Source: Candidatus Thorarchaeota archaeon (GTDB lineage: Archaea > Asgardarchaeota > Thorarchaeia > Thorarchaeales > Thorarchaeaceae). Taken from it: 62,417 nt of DNA. The DNA is taken from NCBI GenBank assembly GCA_016840855.1, contig JAEORO010000132.1:1-62417 (forward strand). The letters run 5' to 3'. Positions 38,812 through 48,923 of the stretch are shown here, one piece after another. The translations under genes were made by a program, and so were the position numbers. Position 1 is the first letter of the stretch, and every line of letters begins with the position of its first letter. The notes below the pieces were generated by a model, which saw nothing but the letters and a program-made list of their open reading frames with translations, made no database searches and was not told where the DNA came from.

Positions 38812-39257
38812 CTGTCAATCATCTTTTGAATCTTCGACAGATGTCTAGAACGTTTTACGGCCTCAGATGTGATTTCATGCAGTTCGCCTTTCTCTATTAC
38901 AAAATGAGCCGTTTCTATATCTGGAGCAAAGTGTCGCTTAATGTCTTCTACTACATAGTGAAGCTGGATGCAATGAGGACTTCCATCCACCGTGAGGGTT
39001 GAGACTTTCCTGATTTCAGAGTATTTCACGATAGATGCGATCTTGAAACCTGCCTGATTCATGTGTGTTTCTTCAAGACATAAGTGGAGAGCAAAGTGAC
39101 CACCATCTCGCTCGCAGATGTCTTTAACAATGTCCAAATTTGTATCTGTGCAGCTACCAACTATTAGTAGATTCTTCTTTTCCCTTAGTCGTTTATCTCC
39201 AACATTGATACTCATGAGATGTTGTGAAACTGCACACTCGTCACTCATTGCTACCAT
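38808..39257 (-). CDS. Putative Fe-S-associated protein
   Basis: LLIVGSC, CLEETH, TVDGSPHCIQLH. Confidence 0.65.
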   Translation of the reverse strand: MVAMSDECAVSQHLMSINVGDKRLREKKNLLIVGSCTDTNLDIVKDICERDGGHFALHLCLEETHMNQAGFKIASIVKYSEIRKVSTLTVDGSPHCIQLHYVVEDIKRHFAPDIETAHFVIEKGELHEITSEAVKRSRHLSKIQKMIDS

Positions 39258-40192
39258 TTCCTACGCTTTTGCGTAGGTTCTTCTTGTTCTCCTGCCTTAG
39301 AAGTCCATTGGTCTCCAAGTGGAGCCGCAATCCGCGCGATCATGTCCCCTTCAAAGACATAGTTTATCCGACTGAGTGAAATGACAGCTCCATTGAAGGG
39401 AGTTGCTATCTCTTTCTTATCCTGAACATGACCCAAGACATCGCCATTGTCAACAGTCTCGCCGAGGTTCACTGTGGGGACAAAGAATCCCTCTGCGTCC
39501 ACATTGACATGTTGTAGTCTTCCCATGAGTGTGTTTGAGGCTTCAATTCTTTCTCCTACTATCATGTCTTTATTGCGCAATAGATTAAGAATGGCTTCTC
39601 TCACTTCCACAGCGGCTTGAGAGTCTACTTGATCAGTATCGCCTCTCATTTCAACTGATACTGCAGGTATTCCATCATGTGCTGCTTCGGTTGTCAGTGC
39701 ACCTCTCATACCGGTCGACTGCACTACATACGGTAGTCCAATCTGAGAAGCAAGGTTTCTCACATGGATATAATCCCTGTGCAATCCTATGATATGGCTA
39801 GTGCAGTTCTGCCACCCCGTGCGAAGTTCTATAATATAGTCCGCGGTGGAAGCTCTACGCCAAATTTCCCATGCAGTCCTTTCAGTCACAGTACCATGTT
39901 CGTTTCCAGGGAAAACGGTGTCAAGATCCTTCGAGTCAAGCGGAGAAACCTTTAGTCCAAGACGAAAAGCTAAGGGACTTGCCACAGGAAGGAATGTCAC
40001 AGAACCATCAATTCTATCCAACCCCTCGAGGTGCCTCATGATGAGATAGCATGCGTACACATCTGTGGCTGAGCGTCCATTCATGGCTGCCAGGATAAAC
40101 ACATTTGGACGTTCTTCTCCAAATGTATAATATCCAAGAGTAGTTCCAGTCTTTAAGTCGATGTCTACAGCATCAACTACTGCCTTGACCAT
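39251..40192 (-). CDS. Succinylglutamate desuccinylase/aspartoacylase-family protein with degenerate metal site
   Basis: DLDTVFPGNEHGTVTER, C-terminal biotinyl-like domain; ATG 40192 (alternative 40288). Confidence 0.85.
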   Translation of the reverse strand: MVKAVVDAVDIDLKTGTTLGYYTFGEERPNVFILAAMNGRSATDVYACYLIMRHLEGLDRIDGSVTFLPVASPLAFRLGLKVSPLDSKDLDTVFPGNEHGTVTERTAWEIWRRASTADYIIELRTGWQNCTSHIIGLHRDYIHVRNLASQIGLPYVVQSTGMRGALTTEAAHDGIPAVSVEMRGDTDQVDSQAAVEVREAILNLLRNKDMIVGERIEASNTLMGRLQHVNVDAEGFFVPTVNLGETVDNGDVLGHVQDKKEIATPFNGAVISLSRINYVFEGDMIARIAAPLGDQWTSKAGEQEEPTQKRRKW

Positions 40193-40278
40193 GGTAAGAC
40201 CTTCTTTCAACTGATGATGATGATGATGGAAGTATATCTCCCAAAGATATGAAAGAGTGTAAGACCTCAAATTTCTGT

Positions 40279-40941
40279 TTAAATCCACTCTGGTTGGCAG
40301 TTGAAGAAGAAAATGTCCGTCTTGAATTCCCGTTCCAAGAAGTAGTCATGTCTACTCAGTGCGTATCTACTCTGTAATGGGATATGGGGGTATTCGAAGA
40401 TATCTGTGTGTCCACACATCTCAGGATTTCCTATCCATGCTATAGGTTTCCCTAGTTTTACGATCTCAATACCAGACATTGAGAGGTATGGTTCCCAACA
40501 CATGATAATGAATGATGGTGAATACTTTCCAATCGCTTCAATCGCGTCTAGTTTTTCCACCCACTTTGGGTATGCGATATTATATCGACCATCTTTACTG
40601 TCTGTTGCAATACAGCGTTTCTTGACCAATAGTTTTAGAAATTCAGTAAGCCTTCCATCACCACTCATCACTTCGAGAACTGGTCCTTTTACTTTCCTTG
40701 AACCGACTGCTCTGTTTATTATCTGAGCAAGCTCATCAATGAACTCTCTGTTGAAAATCTGAAAAATCCATCTACCCGCTCTGTTAGCTCCATCGCAGTA
40801 TGATTTCACATCTCCTTTCTTTTCCAATTTTTGGAAGAATCGAAGGACGTCTGAGAAGGGCAATAGCTCATAGTGAATATCGATGTATTCATCATGGTAG
40901 TCCATTCCTCTTCTCCTCTTTTTTGCAACATTCTTAGTCAA
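40279..40941 (-). CDS. SAM-dependent methyltransferase-like protein
   Basis: VLEVMSGDGRL, IATD, VEKLDAIEAI. Confidence 0.65.
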   Translation of the reverse strand: MTKNVAKKRRRGMDYHDEYIDIHYELLPFSDVLRFFQKLEKKGDVKSYCDGANRAGRWIFQIFNREFIDELAQIINRAVGSRKVKGPVLEVMSGDGRLTEFLKLLVKKRCIATDSKDGRYNIAYPKWVEKLDAIEAIGKYSPSFIIMCWEPYLSMSGIEIVKLGKPIAWIGNPEMCGHTDIFEYPHIPLQSRYALSRHDYFLEREFKTDIFFFNCQPEWI

Positions 40942-41111
40942 CCCTAGCTAACCATAGCTCTAATAAGGGAAACTCTATTGCATAGATGGAGAGAGTGAGC
41001 CAGGATGGATTGCGTTCTCGATAACTAACATTTACTCCTTTTGCGAGCCCTTTATAGCGGTCGCTATCTTGGACTTTTCCCATCCTTCAATGTCAAGAGA
41101 GGTTACTGGAC

Positions 41112-44015
41112 ATGAGTGATTATGCAAAGATTGAGAAGAAATGGCAGAAGCGCTGGAGAAAAGACAAGGTCTTTGAGGCTGATCCAGATCCCAAGAGGAA
41201 GAAGTTCTTTTTGACTGTACCATATCCCTATGTAAACGGAGCTTTGCACATAGGACATGGCAGGACCTACACTATTGGCGATGTGATTGCTCGTTACAAA
41301 CGAATGCAGGGCTTCAATGTGCTGTTTCCAATGGCATCGCACATGACAGGAACCCCTATTCAGGGCATGGTCGACAGAGTAAAGGCTGGTGACCCAGTAG
41401 CAATTGAACAGTACAAACGTGACTTACGATTGTATTTTGAAACTGAGGCGGAAGTAGATGCTCAACTTGCTAAATTCAAGGATCCCTGGACCACAGCATC
41501 ATTCTTTGCTAAGGTAATTTCTCAGGACTTTGATGCATTAGGTTATAGTATAGATTGGCGAAGAAAGTTTACGACCGGTGACAAGGAATACAACAAGTTC
41601 ATTGAATGGCAATATCAGAAGTTCATGGATAAGGGATATGTCAAACAGGGTAACTATCCTTTACTGTATTGTCCGAACTGTAAAAATCCCGTTGGTGAGG
41701 ATGATTTACTGGAGGGTATGACAGCTAAAGTCAAAGAGTTTACAGCAATCAAGTGGCCATTCGAGGATGGGTTCTTGGTCGCTGCCACCCTGCGTCCTGA
41801 AACCATCTTTGGTGTTACAAACATGTGGATTCACCCAACAAAGAAGTATGTTTGGGCAAAAGTTGATGGTGAGAAATGGATAATTTCGAAAGCCGCTGTA
41901 GACAAGTTGAGATTTCAGGCAAAAGAGGTTGAGGTCTTAGAAACCTTTCCGGGTTCCAAAATTATTGGTAAGAAGTTCAGAGCAATCCACGATGACCATG
42001 AGATTATGATTCTGCCCGCAGAATTTGTAGACGTGGATAATGCCACTGGTGTAGTCTACTCAGTACCCGGTCACGCTCCCTTTGACTATATTGCTCTACG
42101 AGACTTGTGGGAGGACCCATCTGGCCTAGAGAAATATGGCATCTCAGCTGATGACGTTCGGGGTATAGAGATCATTAGCATGATTGATATGAAGGATTAT
42201 AGTGAATTCCCTGCAAAGGATGCTGTCGAGAGTCGAGGAATTAAATCTCAAAAAGAAGATGAGAAATTAGAAGATGCAACACAAGAGATCTACAAGGCAG
42301 AATTCTATGATGGAGTAATGAAAGACAACTGCCAGCAATTCTCTGGTCGCAAAATCATCGATGTAAAGGAAGATGTTGTTGCTTGGATGCGGTCTATCAA
42401 TAGAATTGATATTTTCTACGAACCCGATGAGAAACCTGTGGTCTGTAAGTGTGGGACAAATGTACTGATTGGTGTCTTTGCTGGTCAGTGGTTCTTAGAC
42501 TACACTAGCCCTGGTTGGAAGGAAGAAACCAGAAGAGCCCTAGCCTCCATGGAAATTATTCCAGATACATATCGAGTCCTGTTTGAGAACACATTCGACT
42601 GGTTGACCCAGAGGCCTTGTGCACGAAGGCGGGGGATTGGAACAAGACTACCGTTTGACCCTGACTGGATAATCGAGTCTCTATCAGACTCAACTATATA
42701 CATGGCTTACTACACTATTGTATATCAAATCCGCAAGAACAAACTAAAACCAGAGCAGCTGACGCCGGAGTTCTTTGATTATGTCTTTTTGGGGAAGGGA
42801 ACTCCAACAAAAGTAAGTAAAGTAACAGGTATTGACACTGGTCTCTTGAAAGCCATGCATGATGAGTTCGACTACTGGTATCCAAACGACCAGCGTCATA
42901 CAAATCCCGCACACATCCCCAATCATCTGAGCTTCGCTCTCTTCCATCACGTGGCTATTTTCCCAGAAAAATATTGGATCAAACGAATTAGCATCAGTGA
43001 ATACCTCGTCATGGCTGGTGGGAAAATGAGTAAGAGCAAGGGTCGCGTGATTCCCTTGGTTGAGGTTCCAAAGAAGTACGGGGCGGATGTCTTTCGTGTC
43101 TATGCTATGGCTGCAGCTGAGCCTGCATCCTTAATGGAGTGGCATGAGCGTGATGTGTCATCTATGATGGGACGAACACGCCAATTCAGGGATATTATGT
43201 TCAAGTACTCAAAGAATCCTCCCAAGACCTTCACGAAAAAGGAAAAGCCAAACATGGCCACAAGATGGATAGTTTCGCGAGTCAATACAATCGCTGAGAC
43301 TTGCACTGCATTGATCAACAGCTTCAGACTACGCGATTATGCTATCAATGTCACTTCAGAGATGATTCGCACAGTTAACCAATACTTGAAGCGTCCTGGA
43401 ATTCCCAAAGAAGAGAGCGATGCCACAATGGCCTACGTGTGTGATGTCTGGGTCAGGTTAGCAGCACCTTTGATGCCACATATGTGCGAAGAAATCTGGG
43501 ACAAGATGGGCAGGTCTGGGTATGTATCACTAGCTGAATGGCCTAAGCCCGACAAGAAGTTGATTGATCCTGAAGTTGAAACTGCAAGCCATGTTATTGA
43601 GTCCACAATACGTGATATCAGAGAGATTATGAAACTGATGAAAGGCAAGAAAGCTAAGAAGGTGCACGTCTATGTGGCTCCTGAGTGGATGTTCGAGGCA
43701 ATGAATAGCATTCGCGATGCAAACTTACCAATGATCATTGGTGACATCATGAAACACCTGATGTCAAATGAAACCTTCAGAACGCATGGAAAAGAGGTAA
43801 AGAGCATAGTCGATCGTATAGCAAAAGAGAATGGACTTTGGGCTCATTCATCAAGTTCGAAGAACGAGATGATTGCATTGGATGACTCAATTCCCTACAT
43901 GAAGTCAGAGTTGAATGTTGACATCATCATCCATAGTTCTGAGAATCCAAAGTATGATCCACAGGGCAAAGCACGATTTGCTCTACCGGGACGAGTTTCT
44001 CTGTACTTGGAGTGA
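41112..44015 (+). CDS. leuS: Leucine--tRNA ligase (archaeal type)
   Basis: PYPYVNGALHIGH, ATLRPET, IESLSDSTIYMAYY, KMSKS. Confidence 0.98.
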   Translation: MSDYAKIEKKWQKRWRKDKVFEADPDPKRKKFFLTVPYPYVNGALHIGHGRTYTIGDVIARYKRMQGFNVLFPMASHMTGTPIQGMVDRVKAGDPVAIEQYKRDLRLYFETEAEVDAQLAKFKDPWTTASFFAKVISQDFDALGYSIDWRRKFTTGDKEYNKFIEWQYQKFMDKGYVKQGNYPLLYCPNCKNPVGEDDLLEGMTAKVKEFTAIKWPFEDGFLVAATLRPETIFGVTNMWIHPTKKYVWAKVDGEKWIISKAAVDKLRFQAKEVEVLETFPGSKIIGKKFRAIHDDHEIMILPAEFVDVDNATGVVYSVPGHAPFDYIALRDLWEDPSGLEKYGISADDVRGIEIISMIDMKDYSEFPAKDAVESRGIKSQKEDEKLEDATQEIYKAEFYDGVMKDNCQQFSGRKIIDVKEDVVAWMRSINRIDIFYEPDEKPVVCKCGTNVLIGVFAGQWFLDYTSPGWKEETRRALASMEIIPDTYRVLFENTFDWLTQRPCARRRGIGTRLPFDPDWIIESLSDSTIYMAYYTIVYQIRKNKLKPEQLTPEFFDYVFLGKGTPTKVSKVTGIDTGLLKAMHDEFDYWYPNDQRHTNPAHIPNHLSFALFHHVAIFPEKYWIKRISISEYLVMAGGKMSKSKGRVIPLVEVPKKYGADVFRVYAMAAAEPASLMEWHERDVSSMMGRTRQFRDIMFKYSKNPPKTFTKKEKPNMATRWIVSRVNTIAETCTALINSFRLRDYAINVTSEMIRTVNQYLKRPGIPKEESDATMAYVCDVWVRLAAPLMPHMCEEIWDKMGRSGYVSLAEWPKPDKKLIDPEVETASHVIESTIRDIREIMKLMKGKKAKKVHVYVAPEWMFEAMNSIRDANLPMIIGDIMKHLMSNETFRTHGKEVKSIVDRIAKENGLWAHSSSSKNEMIALDDSIPYMKSELNVDIIIHSSENPKYDPQGKARFALPGRVSLYLE

Positions 44016-44025
44016 GGACGCCTTA

Positions 44026-44679
44026 TCAAAGGCTCACTCCTCTCTTTTCCCTTCTCCATACGTAAATGGAAAGTACTAGCAGATAACCAACTATTGCGAA
44101 GTATATTGCCCATTCAAGAGTCGCATGCATCGAGAACTCCGGTGTTACCCATCCCATCTGCTCCCAAGGTCCATAGAGGAAGAGCATGAAAAGTGCCATG
44201 TTCAGGAATCCCCCGAGAGACAGGCCCTTATGGATCCTAACCTCTTTTTGAGCAAGGATTGCTAGTGCCCAAAAAAGGGTCATAACCATGCCGCTAAGGA
44301 AAAACGACATCGCTGAGATCATATGCTCATAGCCATAATTCATTGGGTATATTCCAACAAACACAATCGACACGCAAGAGAAGATACCAATCAACATGGT
44401 GATTTTACTTATGATATTGTCAATATAGAAACCTAATCCAATCATAAATGGGATGAACAATATACCCGCAAGGATCATCCCTAAATTAAACATCCATGCT
44501 AGTTCGGAAACGCCAATTTCTCCCAGCATTGATATATAAAAGATGAACATTGAATATGGCTCACCAAGAGACCCCTCATAGAACAATTGGGGGGTGAGAA
44601 TGAAGACTAGACCGATGCTCGAACTTACGATTCCCCAATATGGGAAATGATTCCTGTCCACCAACTCTTTAATATTCAT
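44026..44679 (-). CDS. DUF998-like membrane protein
   Basis: ISMLG, FNLG, VGIYP..H, EW; about five TM helices. Confidence 0.8.
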   Translation of the reverse strand: MNIKELVDRNHFPYWGIVSSSIGLVFILTPQLFYEGSLGEPYSMFIFYISMLGEIGVSELAWMFNLGMILAGILFIPFMIGLGFYIDNIISKITMLIGIFSCVSIVFVGIYPMNYGYEHMISAMSFFLSGMVMTLFWALAILAQKEVRIHKGLSLGGFLNMALFMLFLYGPWEQMGWVTPEFSMHATLEWAIYFAIVGYLLVLSIYVWRREKRGVSL

Positions 44680-44756
44680 TCAGCCACCTCTTCAATTTGG
44701 AACAAGAAACCATCAGATAGTTATGTCGATTGACTCCAATTTACTCTATGAGTTCA

Positions 44757-45671
44757 TTACTCCGCTTGTTTCATGTTTCTCCGAATCTTCGAGAGGTACG
44801 ATGATGCATAATCTGTGAAATAAAATGAGCCAATTGGATCTGGAAATGATGCCTCGAGCTTTTCTACGGGCATGTCAGAAATTGCCCCTAATGCAGAAAT
44901 AATCTTTGCACCGTGGTCAACGACTGAAGGTGGTGGTCCAAAGCATCCCTTACAGGGTGTGGCTTTGGATGGACATTGTGCTCCGCAGAGACCTATGGTA
45001 GCAAAACCCAAGCACAGATATCCCTGATCAAGGAGGCACTTTGTTGGGTCAATCCTCCCCTCATGAGTCCTGCGGAATTGCTTGATGTGTTTCTCTTCTC
45101 GTTCCATCGGACATTGATCACAAACGGTCTTGTCAGGAAGGTCATAGGGTTTATTATTCAACAGGGCTGACAGAGCATCAAGAGTGTTCTCGCTAGTCGG
45201 AGGGCATCCCGGAAGGACCAGATCAAAATCGACAATATCTGTATTTGGTATGATACTCTCTGTAAATCCAGGTACGTTCTCTTTCGGAATTCTTCCGTCT
45301 GTGATGGTTTCTACTTTGAGGAATTTCCTGTCAAGTAGTTCGTTCAAATCCCACTGATTAGCCAGACCTTGGATGCCGCCATAGACGGAGCAGGATCCCC
45401 ACGCAACAAGTGTCTTGCTTTTGTCCCGCATCACCTTCAGTAAATGAATGTCTTCCTCTGTCCTACAACTTCCCTCAACTAGTCCGATATGAATCGAATG
45501 TTTTGAGAGTGTTTCTAGGTCCTGAAGTTTATAATCAACAACCGCAGGCCAATAGACAATATCCAGTGAGGGAAGGACATCTAACAGCTTCAAATGAAGA
45601 TCAATGAGTGCTTGATCACATCCCCAGCACGAGGTCAACTGAGCGAGTGCTATACGTTTGGTCTTTACCAT
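44757..45671 (-). CDS. mvhG: F420-non-reducing hydrogenase small subunit
   Basis: SCWGC, VEGS, GSCSVYGGI, PGCPP, CLLDQGYLCLG, CKGCFG. Confidence 0.93.
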   Translation of the reverse strand: MVKTKRIALAQLTSCWGCDQALIDLHLKLLDVLPSLDIVYWPAVVDYKLQDLETLSKHSIHIGLVEGSCRTEEDIHLLKVMRDKSKTLVAWGSCSVYGGIQGLANQWDLNELLDRKFLKVETITDGRIPKENVPGFTESIIPNTDIVDFDLVLPGCPPTSENTLDALSALLNNKPYDLPDKTVCDQCPMEREEKHIKQFRRTHEGRIDPTKCLLDQGYLCLGFATIGLCGAQCPSKATPCKGCFGPPPSVVDHGAKIISALGAISDMPVEKLEASFPDPIGSFYFTDYASSYLSKIRRNMKQAE

Positions 45672-45674
45672 GGT

Positions 45675-46151
45675 CTATATTCCCTCTCTTGCTGGGTTCG
45701 GCCCTAGCTTCTTAATGCGCTCAACCATGTTCGTGACTCCGGCTGTGAAGACATCACCCTCAGCTGCACTAGCCCATTGAAGGTGGACTCTTTCTGGCTC
45801 AACCCCTGCCTGTTCCAAAAGGCGCTTCAGTAGAGTGTATCGAGCCTCCATCTTCAAGTTGCCACTGGTGTAGTGGCAATCCCCTGGATGACAGCCAGAG
45901 ATCAATACACCATCTGCTCCTTGATACAACGCATCCAAAATGAATGAAATGTCAATCCTGCCTGTGCAGTTCACTCGTATGATTCTGACGTTAGGTGGCA
46001 TCTGCATTCTACTTGTTCCTGCAAGGTCAGCTCCTGCGTATGAGCACCAATTGCAGCAGAACGCAAGGATACGTGGTTCGAATTGACTTGATTTCCTTGG
46101 TCTCCTCTTGGGCTGTGGGATGCCGGTTGATTTGGGTGTGACGCTAGACAC
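45675..46151 (-). CDS. mvhD: Hydrogenase iron-sulfur subunit D
   Basis: FCCNWCSYAGADLAG, CTGR, GCHPGDCHY, WASAAEG. Confidence 0.96.
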   Translation of the reverse strand: MSSVTPKSTGIPQPKRRPRKSSQFEPRILAFCCNWCSYAGADLAGTSRMQMPPNVRIIRVNCTGRIDISFILDALYQGADGVLISGCHPGDCHYTSGNLKMEARYTLLKRLLEQAGVEPERVHLQWASAAEGDVFTAGVTNMVERIKKLGPNPAREGI

Positions 46152-46320
46152 GCACGAGGCCTCCTCGAACGAGTCGGCGTCGAAAGTTCCCTGCTATTAA
46201 GTTTCCTGCTTCTTACAAGTTGAAATTGAACAAAAGACAGTGAATTCTTTTTTCTAGCAACAGTTTTATGCTCGGTAAAGAAGATAGAACAATGTTCAAG
46301 AAACGCATGGTGGAATAGAA

Positions 46321-46557
46321 GTGATTATTGCCTTCATCATGGCCAAGGTAGAGTCGACAAAGTCGCGAGCAATTCTGGATGCTGTTCGCAACCTCGAACA
46401 AGTGGAAGAAGCCTATCTGATTTATGGGGCGTATGACCTTCTCATCAAGTGCGTCTTTAAGACTCCGGAGGCATTAAGCTCTTTCGTAGTTAATGAGCTT
46501 CGGAAGGTAGACGGTGTAAGAGATACAATCACAAACGTGTGCGCCACATGCGAGTGA
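46321..46557 (+). CDS. Stand-alone Lrp/AsnC ligand-binding domain protein
   Basis: VEEAYLIYGAYDLL...DGVRDTIT. Confidence 0.88.
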   Translation: MIIAFIMAKVESTKSRAILDAVRNLEQVEEAYLIYGAYDLLIKCVFKTPEALSSFVVNELRKVDGVRDTITNVCATCE

Positions 46558-48432
46558 TTAAGCGTCCTTACTAAGACCAAGCCGTTGTAGGGTTTCTTTC
46601 AAGGGTAGACCTGTCTTCAGGTCCCAACCTCGCTCAGTATAATACTCATCTAGCATCATATCTAGCTCGACAACCTCGCCGGCGGATGGTCCTACAGGGG
46701 CTTTTTCCTTTGTGAGCCTATCCGGCAAACAATCATCCTTTCTCGAAACACCAAGACGTGCATTGAACAATCGGTTGAGGTTTACGATTCTCTCACCAAT
46801 GACTTGGAGGTCTCTTCCAGTCAAATCAAGGCCATTATGAATCTTGAGAGCAAGGGCAATATCATCGTAGAAGAACTCTGGAGGAATTTGAGTCCCATAC
46901 TTACACAGACCTACACTCTCAACCATGACCATGAAATCTTCACACTCCTTGACCATGATTCCCTTGTATTTTGGATTCAAACGGTCCGCCATCTCAGGAA
47001 GGTATTCTTCGCCAAATCGCTCCCTGATATCATCATCAAAACCAGCCTCATCAAGAACTGGGAATCCATAAAGATGATCGGCGCCTCTGGCTGCAGTGAC
47101 AGCAGCAAGCCCCATGGACTTCTGGGCTCTGGGTTCTTGCCCTGCAATCTCTTGCTTTTTCACAGCCATGACGAACTTCTCAGTTCCCCTACCTATTCTC
47201 TTAGCTGCTCTCGCACTTCCTTCTGCAAGTATATCTCCAAAGCCCTCCCGCAACGCAATCATTCGTGTCAAGTTTACAACAGTTTCATGGTTCCCCCAGC
47301 TGAGATCAATCCCACCTGTGTCTTCAGCAGTCAGAAGACCTTTTTCCCATGCCTCCATTGCCCAAGAAATTGTTCCACCAAGCGAGATGGTGTCCATTCC
47401 GTATTGATTTGAAAGATGATGTCCAAAGAGTACTGACTCAAGGTTATCATTTCCGCATCGAGATCCCATAGAAGATTGAGTTTCAAACTCAGGTGCGCCT
47501 CCCTCGTAAGCATAGGGTCCAGTTCTCACTGCAGTATACCTGCCACATCGCTGTAGACACGAGAAGTCTGCTCTGGCCTTCACAAGATACTTCTCATTTA
47601 TGGCATCTCCACTTATCTTCTCAAATCCATCAAAGACACCCTGTTTCATATTATAGCTTGGCAACCGTCCTATATGCTGCATGAGTTCCACAAGACTGGT
47701 GGTTCCATACTTTATACGACCGGGAGTGAATGGATTTGCCATCATTCGTTTGTGGAACACATCTATCTGTTTCAGATAGTTCTGCGGGTCAGCAACAATG
47801 AGTTTTCCGGTCCCTCTCACTGAGACCGCCTTCAGTTTCTTGGCTCCCATGACGGCTCCAAGTCCTGAACGCGCAGACGCACGGTCTCTGTCATTCATCA
47901 CTGCTGCAAACCTCACAAGGTTCTCGCCAGCTTGACCGATAGATAGAGTCCTGATTCTCCTACCATGTTTTGCCTTGAGGATGTCATCGGTTTCAAAGAC
48001 GTCCTTTCCCCAGACGCCTGCACTCTCAGCGTCCACGAGTTCTACATCTTTGTCCTTTATGTTTAGATACACTGGACTTGAAGATGCACCGGTGAAGATG
48101 ATTGCGTCATATCCAGCAAACTTCAGTTCTGCCCCCCAAAATCCTGCTGCGTGACTCTCACCCCATACATCTGTCAAAGGTGAATGAGCTGCAATGACAT
48201 GCCTTGAGGCTTGCGGGAACATGGACCCTGTGAGAAGTCCTGTCGCCATGCCTAGTACATTCTTATCGCTGAGTGGATCGATTCCTACTGGAATGGTATC
48301 AAAGAGGACTCTAGATAGAAACCCGGCTCCCAGAAGATAGTCTTTGACAATCTCCTCGTCTAATGGTCGTTTCTCAATGGACGCCTTTGTCAGGTTTATC
48401 CACAGGATTTGGCCTCCGACTCCCTTTATCAT
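46558..48432 (-). CDS. aor: Aldehyde:ferredoxin oxidoreductase family (W/Mo-pterin) catalytic subunit
   Basis: SPLT, LKFAGYD, GENLV, GAVMGAKKLKA, GMDTIS, RGADH, EYYTERGWD. Confidence 0.95.
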   Translation of the reverse strand: MIKGVGGQILWINLTKASIEKRPLDEEIVKDYLLGAGFLSRVLFDTIPVGIDPLSDKNVLGMATGLLTGSMFPQASRHVIAAHSPLTDVWGESHAAGFWGAELKFAGYDAIIFTGASSSPVYLNIKDKDVELVDAESAGVWGKDVFETDDILKAKHGRRIRTLSIGQAGENLVRFAAVMNDRDRASARSGLGAVMGAKKLKAVSVRGTGKLIVADPQNYLKQIDVFHKRMMANPFTPGRIKYGTTSLVELMQHIGRLPSYNMKQGVFDGFEKISGDAINEKYLVKARADFSCLQRCGRYTAVRTGPYAYEGGAPEFETQSSMGSRCGNDNLESVLFGHHLSNQYGMDTISLGGTISWAMEAWEKGLLTAEDTGGIDLSWGNHETVVNLTRMIALREGFGDILAEGSARAAKRIGRGTEKFVMAVKKQEIAGQEPRAQKSMGLAAVTAARGADHLYGFPVLDEAGFDDDIRERFGEEYLPEMADRLNPKYKGIMVKECEDFMVMVESVGLCKYGTQIPPEFFYDDIALALKIHNGLDLTGRDLQVIGERIVNLNRLFNARLGVSRKDDCLPDRLTKEKAPVGPSAGEVVELDMMLDEYYTERGWDLKTGLPLKETLQRLGLSKDA

Positions 48433-48920
48433 AGCACGTCCTCCTTGTTATAGATCTCTTCGCTGTATTGTTCATACAACTCTCTCATACTACCATCTTT
48501 GTCCCTCTTAGCAAGCTCACCCTCAGTAGTCATCCATATTGCATCTGCAGGACAGCGGTCTACACACTCTCCACACTGGATACACTTGAAGGCCTTGCCA
48601 GTATCTGGATGTATGCGGATTGCATAGTAAGGACATGCTTTAACACATTCTCCGTGCCCAACACACTTTTTGTTGTTGACAATGACAACACCTTTCGATG
48701 TTCGCATCAAGGCTTGTTCTGGGCAAGCTGGTATACACGGTGCATCATCACAATTTCTGCAGAAGAGCGGAAAATCGAGAGCTGGTTCAACCCTGACAAC
48801 TCTATTCCGCGCACGAGAAGGACTAATCACCTTGAAGTAGTACATACTACAGGTATTCGAACATGTCATGCATCCCGAGCATACCCGTGGGTCTCCAAAT
48901 ACAAATTTGAGTTCTGTCAA
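48429..48920 (-). CDS. 4Fe-4S dicluster electron-transfer subunit of AOR
   Basis: DmsB-like four-cluster Cys pattern, coupled to aor. Confidence 0.9.
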   Translation of the reverse strand: MTELKFVFGDPRVCSGCMTCSNTCSMYYFKVISPSRARNRVVRVEPALDFPLFCRNCDDAPCIPACPEQALMRTSKGVVIVNNKKCVGHGECVKACPYYAIRIHPDTGKAFKCIQCGECVDRCPADAIWMTTEGELAKRDKDGSMRELYEQYSEEIYNKEDVL

Positions 48921-48923
48921 GGT

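Noticed and set aside
46540-46590. Lrp-domain gene ending CATCE-TGA as a possible selenoprotein
   Set aside because: Domain is complete and readthrough would run into the convergent aor gene
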